DNA of 58,469 nt, filler included, from Squatina squatina (taxonomy: Eukaryota): the NCBI GenBank assembly GCA_031763465.1. It is 3 parts of 3 records of this genome, joined end to end, with 100 filler letters (N's around TTAATTAATTAA, not from the genome) between each part and the next. Parts side by side here need not be neighbours in the genome. Positions count along the whole stretch, not along the records: positions 1 to 13,626 come from JARFOE010000234.1; 2 more parts are not named here. One strand, 5' to 3'. This document shows, one piece after another, positions 1 through 10,699 of this stretch. The notes below the pieces were generated by a model, which was given only the letters and a program-made list of their open reading frames with translations, had not been told where the DNA came from and did no database searches. Positions within the stretch are counted from its first letter, which is position 1. The number at the start of each line of letters is the position of its first letter. A program made the translations under genes and the position numbers.

Positions 1-205
1 CTGGAGTTGGTTACAGGGTTAGGGAGGGGGCGAGGTCCTGGAGGGATTGGAAAACAAGGATGTGAATTTTAAAATTGAGGCGCTGCCGGACTGAGAGCTA
101 ATGTAGGTCAGCGAGTGCTGGAGTGATGGGTGATTGGGATTAGGTGCGAATTAGGATACGGGCAGCAGGGTTTTGGATGACCTCAAGTTTACATAGGGTG
201 GAAGA
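1..205 (-). mobile_element. L2-clade LINE 3' fragment
   Basis: The reverse complement matches the L2 copy at 740-1285 (ctcgctgacctacatt...gcgcctcaattttaaaatt; LADLHWLP-type RT C-terminus). Confidence 0.8.
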
Positions 206-418
206 TGAGATTCCCCGACCAGTGGGCGCTGGAGCAGCAGGAGTACTTAGTCGACACGGATAATAATTATTCATAAAATATTCTGATTTCATTTGCTTTG
301 TTTTATTTATAATGTGAGTGTTTATTGTTTGTGCCCCTTTAAAAAGGGGGCCATTTCTGTTTAATTATCTTTGATTTGAGTTGATGAGACAGAGTGTCAG
401 CCTAATTGGCAATTAAGA

Positions 419-739
419 TTATGATTGGGTAGACGTGAAAAAGATGTTTCCACTTGTTGGGGGGAGACCAGAACGAGGGGCCGTAACTATAAGATAGTCA
501 CTAATAAGTCCAATCGGGAAATCAGGAGAAACTTCTTTACCCCAGAGAGTGGCGAGAATGTGGAACTCACTACCACAAGGAGTGGTTGAGACGAATAGCA
601 AAGAGGCATTTAAGGGGAAGCTCGATAAACACATAAGGGAGAAAGGAATAGAAGGATATGGTGATCGGGTGAGATGAAGTAAGGCGGGACGAGGCTCGTG
701 TGGAGCAGAAACACCAGCATAGACCAGTTGGGCCGAATG
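419..739 (+). mobile_element. CR1-clade LINE 3' end, interrupted by an L2 insertion
   Basis: Typical CR1 ORF2 tail (aggagaaacttctttacccagagagtgg...tggaactcactacca) and 3' UTR ending gggccgaatg. The tail resumes at 1286 (gaatggcctgtttctgtg). Confidence 0.85.
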
Positions 740-1285
740 CACTCCAGGCTGGCCTTCCACATTCCATCCTACGTAAACTTGAGGTCATCCAAAACTCGAC
801 AGCCCGTGTCCTAACTCACACCAAGTCCCGTTCACCCATCAGCCCCGTGCTCGCTGACCTACATTGGCTCCCGGTTAAGCAGCGCCTCGATTTAAAAATT
901 CTCATCCTTGTTTACAAATCCCTCCATGGCCTCGCCCCTCCCTATCTCTAGTCTCCCCCAGCCCCACAACCCCCCGAGATATCTGTGTCCCTCTAATTCT
1001 GCCCTCTTGACCATCCCTGATTATAATCGCTCAACCATTGGTGGCCGTGCCTTCAGCTGCCTAGGCCCTAAGCTCTCTAATTCCCCGCATAAACCTCTCC
1101 GCCTCTCTTTCCTCCTTTAAGACACTCCTTAAAACCTGCCTCTTTGACAAAGTTTTTGGTCGCCTGTGCTAATTTCTCCTTATGCGGCTCGGTGTGAAAT
1201 CTTTTGTCTTATAACTCTCCTGTGAAGCACCTTGCGATGTTTCACTGTAACAAAAACGCTATAGTGTTAATGGCAAGTTGTTATT
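740..1285 (+). mobile_element. 5'-truncated L2-clade LINE
   Basis: Encodes LRKLEVIQNSTARVLT...LADLHWLPVKQRLDLKILILVYKSLHGLAPPYL and GGRAFSCLGPKL. Ends in an L2 tail (...cgctata...gcaagttgttattg). Confidence 0.9.
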
Positions 1286-1565
1286 GAATGGCCTGTTTCT
1301 GTGTGGCACATTCTATGTAATAAAGTAAATGTTTCAACGGGTGCTTTTAATTCCATGGGGAGCAGTAAGAGAAATCACCAACAAAAGATGAGAAAGATAG
1401 ATAAGTAAAGCCCACCCCACCCCTCCTCCCCTCACACGAGGAACACATCAACAAGCTGCATGAAGATCAAGATTCCAGCATTATTGGGAACATTTGGATC
1501 TGTGTTTAATGTGGGGGGGAAACCAAATGGGAAAAACTACTATTCTGAAATGCTCTGCATCAACT

Positions 1566-1718
1566 CCTTATTTGGTAGCCTGCTGAAGCTGTACTCTTGT
1601 CTTGTTCAAACATTCTGGACTATCCCCCAAAGTCTGGCTTTGGGAGGTCAGCCTGACTCAGCCTCCCTTGTTTTTCTTTGTCATAACTCGATCCTACAAC
1701 GCTCCTGCCCTTTTAAGG
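1566..1718. promoter_or_regulatory. Paired SRF CArG boxes flanking an AP-1 site
   Basis: CCTTATTTGG (1566-1575) and CCTTTTAAGG (1709-1718) both fit CC(A/T)6GG. TGACTCA lies at 1654-1660. The surrounding sequence is non-repetitive. Confidence 0.45.
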
Positions 1719-2105
1719 AGTGCCTTTCCTTTTTGCAGACTGCGAGTTGTTTTTTTCACCCCCCACCCTCCTCCTTTCCCTCCTCCTCCTCCTTCCCCTT
1801 TCAGCTTCGACTGAACTTCTGCCTCTCGCTGTGAAACTTTAAAAAAAAAAGGCTGCAAAATCCTAAATCAGCCACTGCCTCTCGCACTCCATGTTTGAGT
1901 GCCTCGCTACGTGTCACATTATTTAACCTGTTTGATTGCCTTCACTGTGCCAAAGGTCATATTTGAGGCTTTTTTTAAAAAAAAGTGTTAACTTGCAATC
2001 TGCTCNNNNNNNNNNNNNNNNNNNNNNNNNNNNNNNNNNNNNNNNNNNNNNNNNNNNNNNNNNNNNNNNNNNNNNNNNNNNNNNNNNNNNNNNNNNNNNN
2101 NNNNN

Positions 2106-2850
2106 CCATCGCTTCTTTCCAGGAGGTCACAGAGGCTCTGTACTCCAGGAGAAGGGACTTCATTTTCTGCTCTTTGAACAGAGAGAAGCAGGAGGAGTGC
2201 ACCGGTGGCTTTACCAGGATATCAGGCTTCACCATGGTGCAGGGCGCCATCGATTGCACGTGTGGCTTTGTGGGCACCACATATCAATCCTGAGATGTAC
2301 CTCAACCACAAAGGCTACTACACACTGAATGTGCAACCCAGCACATCATGATGGTGAATGCCCAGTATCTTGGCAGCAGTCATGATGCCTTCATCTTGCG
2401 CCAGTCCAGTGTGCCTGCAGTCTTCCAGCCATCACGTCAAACCCGATGTTGGCTGCTCTGTGACAAGGGATATCCACTCTACACCTGGCTCATGACTCCC
2501 CTCCTCAATCCCACCGCTCGTGGCCAGCAATCATATAATGACAGTCATGCTACAACGTGGTACGTCATTGAGCAGACCGTTCGAGTTCTAAAGCAATGGT
2601 TCCGCTGCCTTGACCGCCCGGGAGGAGTCCTCCAGTACTCGCCGGAGCGTGTGTCCCATTTCGTGGTGGTCTGCTGCATCCTCCACAACTTGGCCATCAT
2701 AAGGGCGCAGCCCTAGCCACCACAGGTTCCGCGACCACCTCAGGAGGAGGATGAGGAAGAGGAGGAGGAGGAAGGGAGGAGACAGGCAACAGATCTCCAT
2801 TCCGGATGGGATGTCTGTGAGCACTCCATCAGACTCTGGTTCCAATGAAT
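2106..2850 (+). mobile_element. Degenerate PIF/Harbinger DDE transposase (HARBI1-like)
   Basis: Motifs VQGAIDCT, NHKGYYTLNVQ, YLGSSHDAFIL, LLCDKGYPL..WLMTP, VIEQT...LKQWFRCL and CCILHNL, interrupted by frameshifts and stops, followed by an acidic tail. Confidence 0.9.
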
Positions 2851-3361
2851 GATAGCCCAGATCCTCACTGTGCAACACTTCCCCAACTTGCCATCCCTCA
2901 TCACAGTGGCAACAAAGCTGAAATGAGAGCCACCACAAAACAAACGTTCCAAACATAATTTATAAATTTGTCAATCCAAAGTCAACTAATCACTCTTGTG
3001 AATTCCTTTCATGCTTGTCTTCAATGTTTCTTTGCCTGTTGTAGTGCTTGTACAAAGCGCTATCCCAGTGTCTGCAGCATGGCTGGTGGAAGGCTGCTGA
3101 CTTTCAGTGGGGGAGACTGCGAATGGCCTTGCAGGATGACCTTGAAGGCCCGGCTGCGGGCTGCACCATCTCGGCATGGGAGGCAGCAGTCTGAGCTGGC
3201 TGGCTGACAGGCAACAGCAAGGGCACCGGCGGACTGGCAAAGGGTGGGAACACAAATGCTGTCTTCTTGAGAGAGGACAGCAGGTTCATGCTCCATGGAG
3301 CCACTGCCACTCGCCCCCCTGGATGGCACCTCAGCAACCCGAGTAATCAGTTGGAGGACAG

Positions 3362-3486
3362 ACTCGCTGCGGAGGCGGGGGAGGCGTTTGCTAGTGCTGT
3401 TAGGGAGGGTTTAAACTAGCTTGGCAGAGGGATGGGAACCTGAGAGTAGATTCAGAAGGGAGAGAAGCAAAGCTGGAAATGGAAGG
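3362..3486 (+). mobile_element. CR1 ORF1 end / inter-ORF fragment
   Basis: tttgctagtgctgttagggagggtttaaactag followed by ttggcagagggatgggaacc is characteristic of the end of the CR1 ORF1 esterase domain. Confidence 0.6.
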
Positions 3487-3724
3487 NNNNNNNNNNNNNN
3501 NNNNNNNNNNNNNNNNNNNNNNNNNNNNNNNNNNNNNNNNNNNNNNNNNNNNNNNNNNNNNNNNNNNNNNNNNNNNNNNNNNNNNNGAGCAGGCTCGAGG
3601 GGCCGAATGGCCTACTCCTGTTCCTACTTCTTCTTATTGTCTAATAGCCCATCCGATCCCAGAGTGGAGCCATAGCGGAGAGCATCCAACAGTTACTTCA
3701 ACGAAATAAATGTTGGACACCTAC

Positions 3725-3900
3725 CTTCAATATAGACCTCAGCGGATGTGGTGTCTGATCCAAAGCAGTTGGTGGCTGTACACGTGTATCGACCCGTGTC
3801 GTCCTCGAAAGCTTCGGCAATGGCTAAAGTATCGAGATCACCATCCTGGAATATCTGGATGTCCGGGGAGTTTTCCAGCTCTTTCCCCTCACAGAACCAT
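3725..3900 (-). CDS. PALLD: Palladin (myotilin/palladin/myopalladin family) first Ig domain, internal exon
   Basis: Acceptor ccacag|A and donor G|gtagg; 176 nt, phase 2 to 1. Encodes (R)WFCEGKELENSPDIQIFQDGDLDTLAIAEAFEDDTGRYTCTATNCFGSDTTSAEVYIE(G). WFCEG, EDDTGRYTC and DTTSAEV favour PALLD over MYPN. Confidence 0.8.
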
Positions 3901-4713
3901 CTGTGGATTTGGTCAAACAGAAATAGAGGTTGTTATTTCTCTCCTTTTTTTTTTACATACCAGCAGCCAGAGGAAAACTTTGACAAGCGAGTTTGAAGCA
4001 AAGTCAATAGCGTGCCCGAGTTTAGACAGCTCGTTGAAAGGGCAAGGAGAAGCCTTGACTGCTTCAGCCGACAACCTTTACGATAGCAGGTGCAAATTCC
4101 AGTGAGAATAAAAAAGCTCCAGTCTTACAGCTGTCCTGCTTAACTTGCCAGAGCCCTGCAGTATTCTCTTCAAGCCACGCCTTTCTGCATATTAATGACA
4201 TGCAAATGCACTTTATGTTAATGACGGGTTGCGCTATGTAACTAAAGCCAACTCATCTGGCCAGTTCGTTCAAAAGAGCTAGTTGACAAATAAAATGAAT
4301 GAGGCTGATTCCAATTGATGTGATACTACAGGAAGAAAGGGCCGATTAGATAATAGATGTACTAAAGTACAGCATAGAGCAATACTATTAGTTGCCTAAT
4401 TGGTGCAAACTAAGAGCTAGTGTCAGGGTTTAATGCTCTCAGACTGCAATATTCCGCATTTTTTCATGGGGAGGGGTTGCTCAGCCAGTTGACTGAAACC
4501 AAACCCTAAACAAGAGAGAACTGCGCACAACAAGAGTTTTCCTTTGTCTGATATCTCTGTAATCTCCTCCAGGCCTGCAACAACAACTTGTACTTGTATA
4601 GCGCCTTTAACGTNNNNNNNNNNNNNNNNNNNNNNNNNNNNNNNNNNNNNNNNNNNNNNNNNNNNNNNNNNNNNNNNNNNNNNNNNNNNNNNNNNNNNNN
4701 NNNNNNNNNNNNN

Positions 4714-4822
4714 CACCTTAAATCTGTGTCCTCTGGTTCTCGACCCTTCCACCAATGGGAACAGTTTCTCTCGATCTACTCTGTCCAGACGCCTCATGGT
4801 TTTGAACACCGCTATCAAACCT
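4714..4822 (-). mobile_element. CR1 ORF2 C-terminal fragment
   Basis: Translates to IAVFKTMRRLDRVDREKLFPLVEGSRTRGHRFKV, a CR1 C-terminal motif. Confidence 0.85.
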
Positions 4823-4939
4823 CTTCATATATACACATGCATTCGATATATATAATATATTCAAACCCAATCAATTTATTCATGTTAGAATAGCAAAAAG
4901 TAGAATAATGATGACACTGGCTAAAGAGGTGAGATTGAA

Positions 4940-6235
4940 TTAAAAGGTTCTTTTCTTGCTTTTACAGATGATCTTCTGAAAGGCTCGCCTGAAGCCCTGG
5001 TTGAAGATGGTGTTGCTGACAGGGTTCAGGGATCTGTTGCAGTAGCCGATCCAGAAAAAGAACTTGACGAGAGTCTCGGGGATCTCGCAAACCTCCCGGC
5101 AGATCCCGTACAGGCTGTAACTGAAAAAGAAAGGGAACCAGCAGAGCACGAAGATGCTCATCACCACAGCCAGAGTGAAGGAGAGCCTCTTCTCCCTGGC
5201 CTGGGAAGCTTTGCTCTTGGACATGGTGTGGCCCCGCCGCTTCCTCCGCGTGGAGAACACGTCGAAGGACCTGTTGCTGGAGCGGGAGATGCGGCTGGAC
5301 CTCTTGGCGAAGGAGTCTTTCCGGGCAGCCACCCTGCCCCTCTTCCTCTGCTTCTTGGAGGCTCCCCCCTTCTTGCGCCCCTTGTCCTCCGAGGTCGAGC
5401 TCTCCTCCAGCTCGATGTCCTCCGGCTGGGTCGGCGGCTGGCGGCCGGGGCTGGCGGTGCAGTGGCCGTTCTCCTTCTCCCCTTCTTCCTTGAAGGAGGT
5501 GGCCCGGCTGGGACCTTCCTCGGTCTGGGAGGAGCCCTCGGGGCCGTTCCTCTTCACCGACTGGCTCCTGGTCCGGTGCTTGGCCACCTGGTAGATCCGG
5601 ATGTACACCAGGATCATGATGAGGCAGGGGGTGAAGAAGGAGCCAATGAAGGAGAGCAGAATGTAGCCACTGTCGTTGCTGAGCTTGCAGGCTGAGTAGG
5701 TCTCATCCTCAATCTCCCGCTCCATGGATATCAAGGGTGGGAAGGAAATCACCGCCGAGATAAGCCAGACCGTGACAATGGCGCACTTGATCCTCCTGGG
5801 GGTCCTCTTGAGGTTGTACTCTACGGCTTTGATGATGGACCAATACCTGTCCAGGCTTATGGTGCACAGGCGTACGATGGAGGAGGTGCAGAACAGCATG
5901 GCCAGAGACAGATAGATGTCGCACCACACCGTCCCGAAGTACCAGTAGCCCATCAGCTCGTTGGCCAGGGAGAAGGGCATCACCAAGGTGGCCACCAGGA
6001 TGTCCGCACTGGCCAGGGACACCAGGAACAGGTTCTGGGGAGGTCGCAGGGCTCGGCTGGTGAACACGGCGATGATGACCAGGACATTCCCCACGATGGT
6101 GAAGAGGATGAGAAAGCCCACCAGGGCGGACAGCCCGGCGATGGCCCCCAGCGAGTACTGGCCAATGTCGGGCGCAGGGTCGACGGAGAAGAGGCGGGAG
6201 GTGTTGATTGCGGTCGCGTTCGCCGATAGCTCCAT
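4940..6235 (-). CDS. ADRA2C: Alpha-2C adrenergic receptor-like GPCR, intronless, 431 aa, with key residues substituted (possibly a young pseudogene)
   Basis: Strong Kozak gccgggATGG at 6233-6235 and seven TM segments. [60 protein letters not shown] and [10 protein letters not shown] are subtype-C signatures. The ORF is open to TAA at 4940. Confidence 0.9.
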   Translation of the reverse strand: MELSANATAINTSRLFSVDPAPDIGQYSLGAIAGLSALVGFLILFTIVGNVLVIIAVFTSRALRPPQNLFLVSLASADILVATLVMPFSLANELMGYWYFGTVWCDIYLSLAMLFCTSSIVRLCTISLDRYWSIIKAVEYNLKRTPRRIKCAIVTVWLISAVISFPPLISMEREIEDETYSACKLSNDSGYILLSFIGSFFTPCLIMILVYIRIYQVAKHRTRSQSVKRNGPEGSSQTEEGPSRATSFKEEGEKENGHCTASPGRQPPTQPEDIELEESSTSEDKGRKKGGASKKQRKRGRVAARKDSFAKRSSRISRSSNRSFDVFSTRRKRRGHTMSKSKASQAREKRLSFTLAVVMSIFVLCWFPFFFSYSLYGICREVCEIPETLVKFFFWIGYCNRSLNPVSNTIFNQGFRRAFQKIICKSKKRTF

Positions 6236-7054
6236 CCCGGCGAGAGGGCTACAGCCCTGTCGGCATGACCAACACCCAGCTCCCACCACACCCCCCCAAA
6301 AAAAACACAGCAACCAAAAAATAGATTGAAAAATCGGACAGTTACTTTGCGATGGACCTCCTCCTTCTGCCCAACTCCCCCAACTTTTCCAGGGGACAAT
6401 TGGGGCTTTCACCCAGACTCTGATCTGAAGAGTTGCATTTCCTTCTCATTTTCAGATGCGGAGAGAGTCGAGCATGAGCCAGTCTGCTGGAATTCTCACA
6501 CCCAGTCAAGATTTGCTCATTGCTGCCAGAGTAACAGATGCTTCAGTCCCAGATAGATGCCAGTTGGAGATCCAACGAATATCTTCAGCCTCCAGACCCA
6601 TCAGTGGGATGGGTAGATGGTGGAGATGGGAGGGCGAGATGGGGCGTTCGTGCACCCCCGACTCCTGCTGTATCTCGGTCCAGGCGCTTGCTCTCATTCA
6701 CCTTTTTTGGGGGAAGGTTTCTTTGTTCTCTCTCTCTTCCTCAATCCCTCTCTCCTTCCCTTTCTCCCTCTCTTCCTCCTCTCTTTCCTCCCTCCCTCCT
6801 TCTCCTTCCCTCCTCTTCGCGCTCCACCATTTTGAGGATGCGCCGATTCAACTCTGTTACAGCTCCCAAACGGGGTGCTGGGCAATTTCGTGCTGAAAGA
6901 GTCTGCAAAGGGATATAGACAGGTTAGGTGAGTGGGCAATAAGGTGGCAGATGGNNNNNNNNNNNNNNNNNNNNNNNNNNNNNNNNNNNNNNNNNNNNNN
7001 NNNNNNNNNNNNNNNNNNNNNNNNNNNNNNNNNNNNNNNNNNNNNNNNNNNNNN

Positions 7055-8040
7055 CCTCTTCCCCACCCTCAGTTTCCCCTCTTCCCCACTCTCGGTTTCC
7101 CCTCTTCCCCGCTCTTGGTTTCTCCTCTTCCCCACTCTCGGTTTTTCCTCTTTCCCATTCTTGGTTTCCATTCTTCCCCGCTCTCGGTTACCCTCTTCTC
7201 CGGTTTCGGTTTCCCCTCTCCCCTACTCTCGGTTTCTCCGCTTTCGGTTTCTCTTCTTCTCCGCTCTCAGTTTCCTTCATCCCCACTCTCGGTTTCTCCT
7301 CTTCCCCGCCCTCGGTTTCCCCTCTTCCACTCTCTCGGTTTCCCCGCTCTCAGTTTCCCCTCTTGCCTGTTCTCGGTTTCCCCTCTTTCCCGCTCTTGGT
7401 TTCCCCTCTTCCCCACCCTCGGTTTCCACTCTTTCCCGCCCTCAGTTTCCCCTCTTCCCCTCTTTCAGTTTCCGCTCTTCCCCGCCCTCGGTTCACTTCT
7501 TCTTCGCTCACGGTTTCCTGTCTTCCCCGCTCTCGGTTTCCCCTCTTCCCCGCTCTCGGTTTCCCCTCTTCCCCGCTCTCGGTTTCCCCTCTTCCCCACC
7601 CTCAGTTTCCCCTCTTCCCCACTCTCGATTTTTCCTCTTTCCCACTCTTGGTTTCCCCTCTTCCCCGCTCTCGGTTTCCCCTCTTCCCCTCTCTCGGTTT
7701 CCCGTCTTCTCCACCATCAGTTTCCCCTCTTGCCTGCCCTCAGTTCCCCTCTTCCACACTCTCGGTTTCCTCTCTTCTCCGCTCTCGGTTTCCCCTCTTC
7801 CACTCTCTCGGTTTCCCCGCTCTCAGTTTCCCCTCTTGCCTGTTCTCGGTTTCCCCTATTTCCTGCTCTTGGTTTCCCCTCTTCCCCACCCGCGGGTTCC
7901 CCTCTTCCCCACCCTCGGGTTCCCCTTTTCCCCACCCTCTGTTTCCTCTCCTCCCAACCCTCGGGTTCCCCTCTTCCCCACCCTCTGTTTCCCCTCCTCC
8001 CCACCTTCGGGTTCCCCTCTTCCCCCGCCCTCGGGTTCCC
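7055..8040. repeat. Pyrimidine-rich minisatellite, ~23-bp unit CTCTCGGTTTCCCCTCTTCCCCG, about 40 copies
   Basis: Tandem units are directly visible. The array begins at a gap edge, so it is truncated. Confidence 0.95.
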
Positions 8041-9820
8041 TGAATCTGCAGGGTCCTGTGACTCTCCTTGTCTTGCTACACGTTCGCTCCTCCTCTGCAG
8101 TACTGTGTATTTTTCCATTTTGAGTGGGGATAATTTTTAAAAGCAAAGATTTTTATCTTTTAGTTAATTTTGAAAGGGCTCATATAATAGAGAAGCTGCA
8201 TAATATTCTTCATTGTATCATGTGACCGCTCCAGATGTGCCTGGCTGAATATCTCATCAGCAAGATATGATTAATAACCATTTACAGTGGCATCTCAAAC
8301 CTGAAGCTTGCAAATATTTCTGCAGTTAGGAAGACCAGCATGAATCTTTAGCTGAGTATAAGCATTAAAATGTTTAATGTATTGTTGCAATCACCACTAT
8401 ATGACTTTTACCTCTTCAGTTCTGCACAACAGGTTGAAAATGCAGCTGTTTTTTCTCAGCAATGGGAAGAAATGATGTCCTAGATTTAATACTGTCACAC
8501 ACAGGTGGGATATGTTTCTTATCACTTTTCTGGGTAATGACAAGTATTATCGCAAATAAACATATATATATCACATCTACAACTAAACTAGGAGATAGAA
8601 AATCCATAACACTTTCTGTTTAGCCCTTGTTTGTCATCAGTCACATCACTGTAAATTCTTCAAGTTCTGTTAAAATGTGCTTCAAAAAAAAATCTAATCC
8701 TCTTTCCGTGGGTGGTTTTCTGTAATCCGTGCAGCTATATCCAGACTGCCTATCAAACAACCTGTTTAGTTATTACATACATACTATGAACCTGCCTAAG
8801 ACGTCCATATTTGCCATTATTTTCACTTGGAACCGAGGTTTTCTATGTTGCACCGTGATTTTTAATGACACTGAGATGTCCTGATTCTCTGTTCAGATGT
8901 GATCTACTCGCTTGCTAATTCTCTTAAAAACATTTGTGCACATATAATAAAAAGGGTCTTCCTCTTTCATCAGGCACATCAGATACCAGTTTGAATTCTG
9001 AGATGCTTGGGAGTGATGGCATTTTTTTGTTCTGAAACAGTGGACCAGATTACTGTAAAAGTAACACTGAGGCTAACAGCACTCATCATTATTTATACGC
9101 AAATGGTGACTTCAGGTGAAAATCCTGAAGTTGCTGTAAAAGATGCACCACTCTGTTGCTTGCTTCACGAAAACAGCATCTCGTTGCCTGCCTCTCTATT
9201 CAAATGTACTGAACAGCGTGATGGTCCTGTACTGACATCGCAGTTATGGACTAAACTTGCCACAGAAAGTTAGAGCTTGTCCATTTCAATCTAAGTACAC
9301 TTTTTAATGGTGTGATAAGTCTTAATTACCGCCAAACAACCTTTCTGGCACTGTGTGTGGAGTCTCCTTCAGATTTTAGTTGTTGAAGATAAAATTAATA
9401 GTGACCTAGGTGCTCAAGATACTTTAACAGAGTATAACAAGAAGCAGGATGTTCCATTTTTGGTGGGAGGAGGGTTATTTGCATCTCTGGGGGATGGAGA
9501 GAATGTAAATATTTCATTACTCAGTGTGTTGCCTCAGTACATGCTGAGACATTTAACTTGTGTTGAGAGGAATTAAACAGCAGTTTTAAAAAAGCTTGTT
9601 GGCCACTTTGTATACTTNNNNNNNNNNNNNNNNNNNNNNNNNNNNNNNNNNNNNNNNNNNNNNNNNNNNNNNNNNNNNNNNNNNNNNNNNNNNNNNNNNN
9701 NNNNNNNNNNNNNNNNNAAACATCTGAACTGTAACAGTGGAATATAATCGTTACCCCACCCTTTCCATTCACATGGGGCTATCAAACGGTTAACAATCCC
9801 ACAAACTCTGCATTACTCAC

Positions 9821-9985
9821 TCTCCGAGTCATCGATTCCACTGTCACCAGCGCTGATAGCACCCAGCCTCTTCATTTGGTTCAAGTGCTCCTCGTACTGA
9901 GCACCAGTGTTCGCAGAGCAGGAGAGGTCTTCGATGACCAAGTTGAATTCATTCAGGACAGCATCAAATTCATCCTCATTCCACA
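9821..9985 (-). CDS. RGCC: RGCC (RGC-32)-like internal exon
   Basis: Acceptor tttcag| and donor A|gtgagt; 165 nt, phase 1 to 1. Encodes WNEDEFDAVLNEFNLVIEDLSCSANTGAQYEEHLNQMKRLGAISAGDSGIDDSE, matching the RGCC motifs L.EF..V..D, YEEHL..MKR and DSG..DSE. Confidence 0.75.
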
Positions 9986-10159
9986 CTGAAAGTTATTTTT
10001 TAAAGTCACATTTGGTTAAGTTATTTTGCTAAAATGTAATAGTCATAACATGCTCACACTGACATTTAAAAAAAATCCCTCTGCCATTTAATATCAAACA
10101 ATTGAACTGTACTTTGTAGGTTTTGTGATTCACTCCATACAGTCATTTCCTAGCTTAGG

Positions 10160-10368
10160 GGGTCAGCCGTAGCTCTGTGGGTAGCACTATCACTTCTGAG
10201 TCAGAAGGTTGTGGGTTCAAGTCCCACTCCAGACACACCAGCACATAATCCAGGCTGACATTCAGTGCAGTACTGATGGAGAGCTGCACTGTCGGAGGTG
10301 CCATCTTTCAGATGGGATGTTAAACCGAGGTCATGTCTGCTCTCTCAGTGGACATAAAAGATCCCATG
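10160..10368 (+). mobile_element. tRNA-derived Deu-domain SINE (SacSINE1-like), 5' part
   Basis: Pol III A/B-box head (ggttcaagtccc) followed by the Deu core (tctttcagatgggatgttaaaccgagg...taaaagatcccatg). Truncated by a gap. Confidence 0.8.
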
Positions 10369-10699
10369 NNNNNNNNNNNNNNNNNNNNNNNNNNNNNNNN
10401 NNNNNNNNNNNNNNNNNNNNNNNNNNNNNNNNNNNNNNNNNNNNNNNNNNNNNNNNNNNNNNNNNNNNAGTTTAATAGTTGTTTATATGTTTTAACTTGA
10501 TTTCTCTCAAAAGAGTTCCTGACTGCTCACTTCAGTCAGTTCACAGCAGAAACATAACAGCATACAGTCCCTGCTCACAGCTCCCTTTTTACTGCTCACA
10601 GCCTCTCAGCTCACTGCACAAAGTCTCTCAGCCCCTGTTCACTGCGGGCTTGACTGTTACTGTTGTGACTCGGCTCACACAATTCCATCCATCCGTCCG

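Noticed and set aside
2106-2850. Domesticated HARBI1 gene
   Set aside because: Frameshifts, stops and altered motifs (CDKGY for GDxGY) indicate a dead transposon copy.
5154-6399. Overlapping and antisense ORFs over ADRA2C (likewise over SSTR3 and CDC42EP1)
   Set aside because: They are expected shadows of GC3-rich coding sequence and have no independent evidence.
6236-6412. 59-aa N-terminal extension of the ADRA2C ORF
   Set aside because: It starts at a GTG. The ATG at 6235 has a strong Kozak context and gives a normal N-terminus with glycosylation sequons.
6932-8146. Long ORFs of 402, 390 and 226 aa
   Set aside because: They are translations of the 23-bp minisatellite, which lacks stops in several frames. 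They are low complexity and two span an N gap.
8411-8480. Minus-strand exon-like segment (HHFFPLLRKNSCIFNLLCRTEE)
   Set aside because: The acceptor is weak and there is no similarity to the expected downstream RGCC exons (AKLGDT motif).
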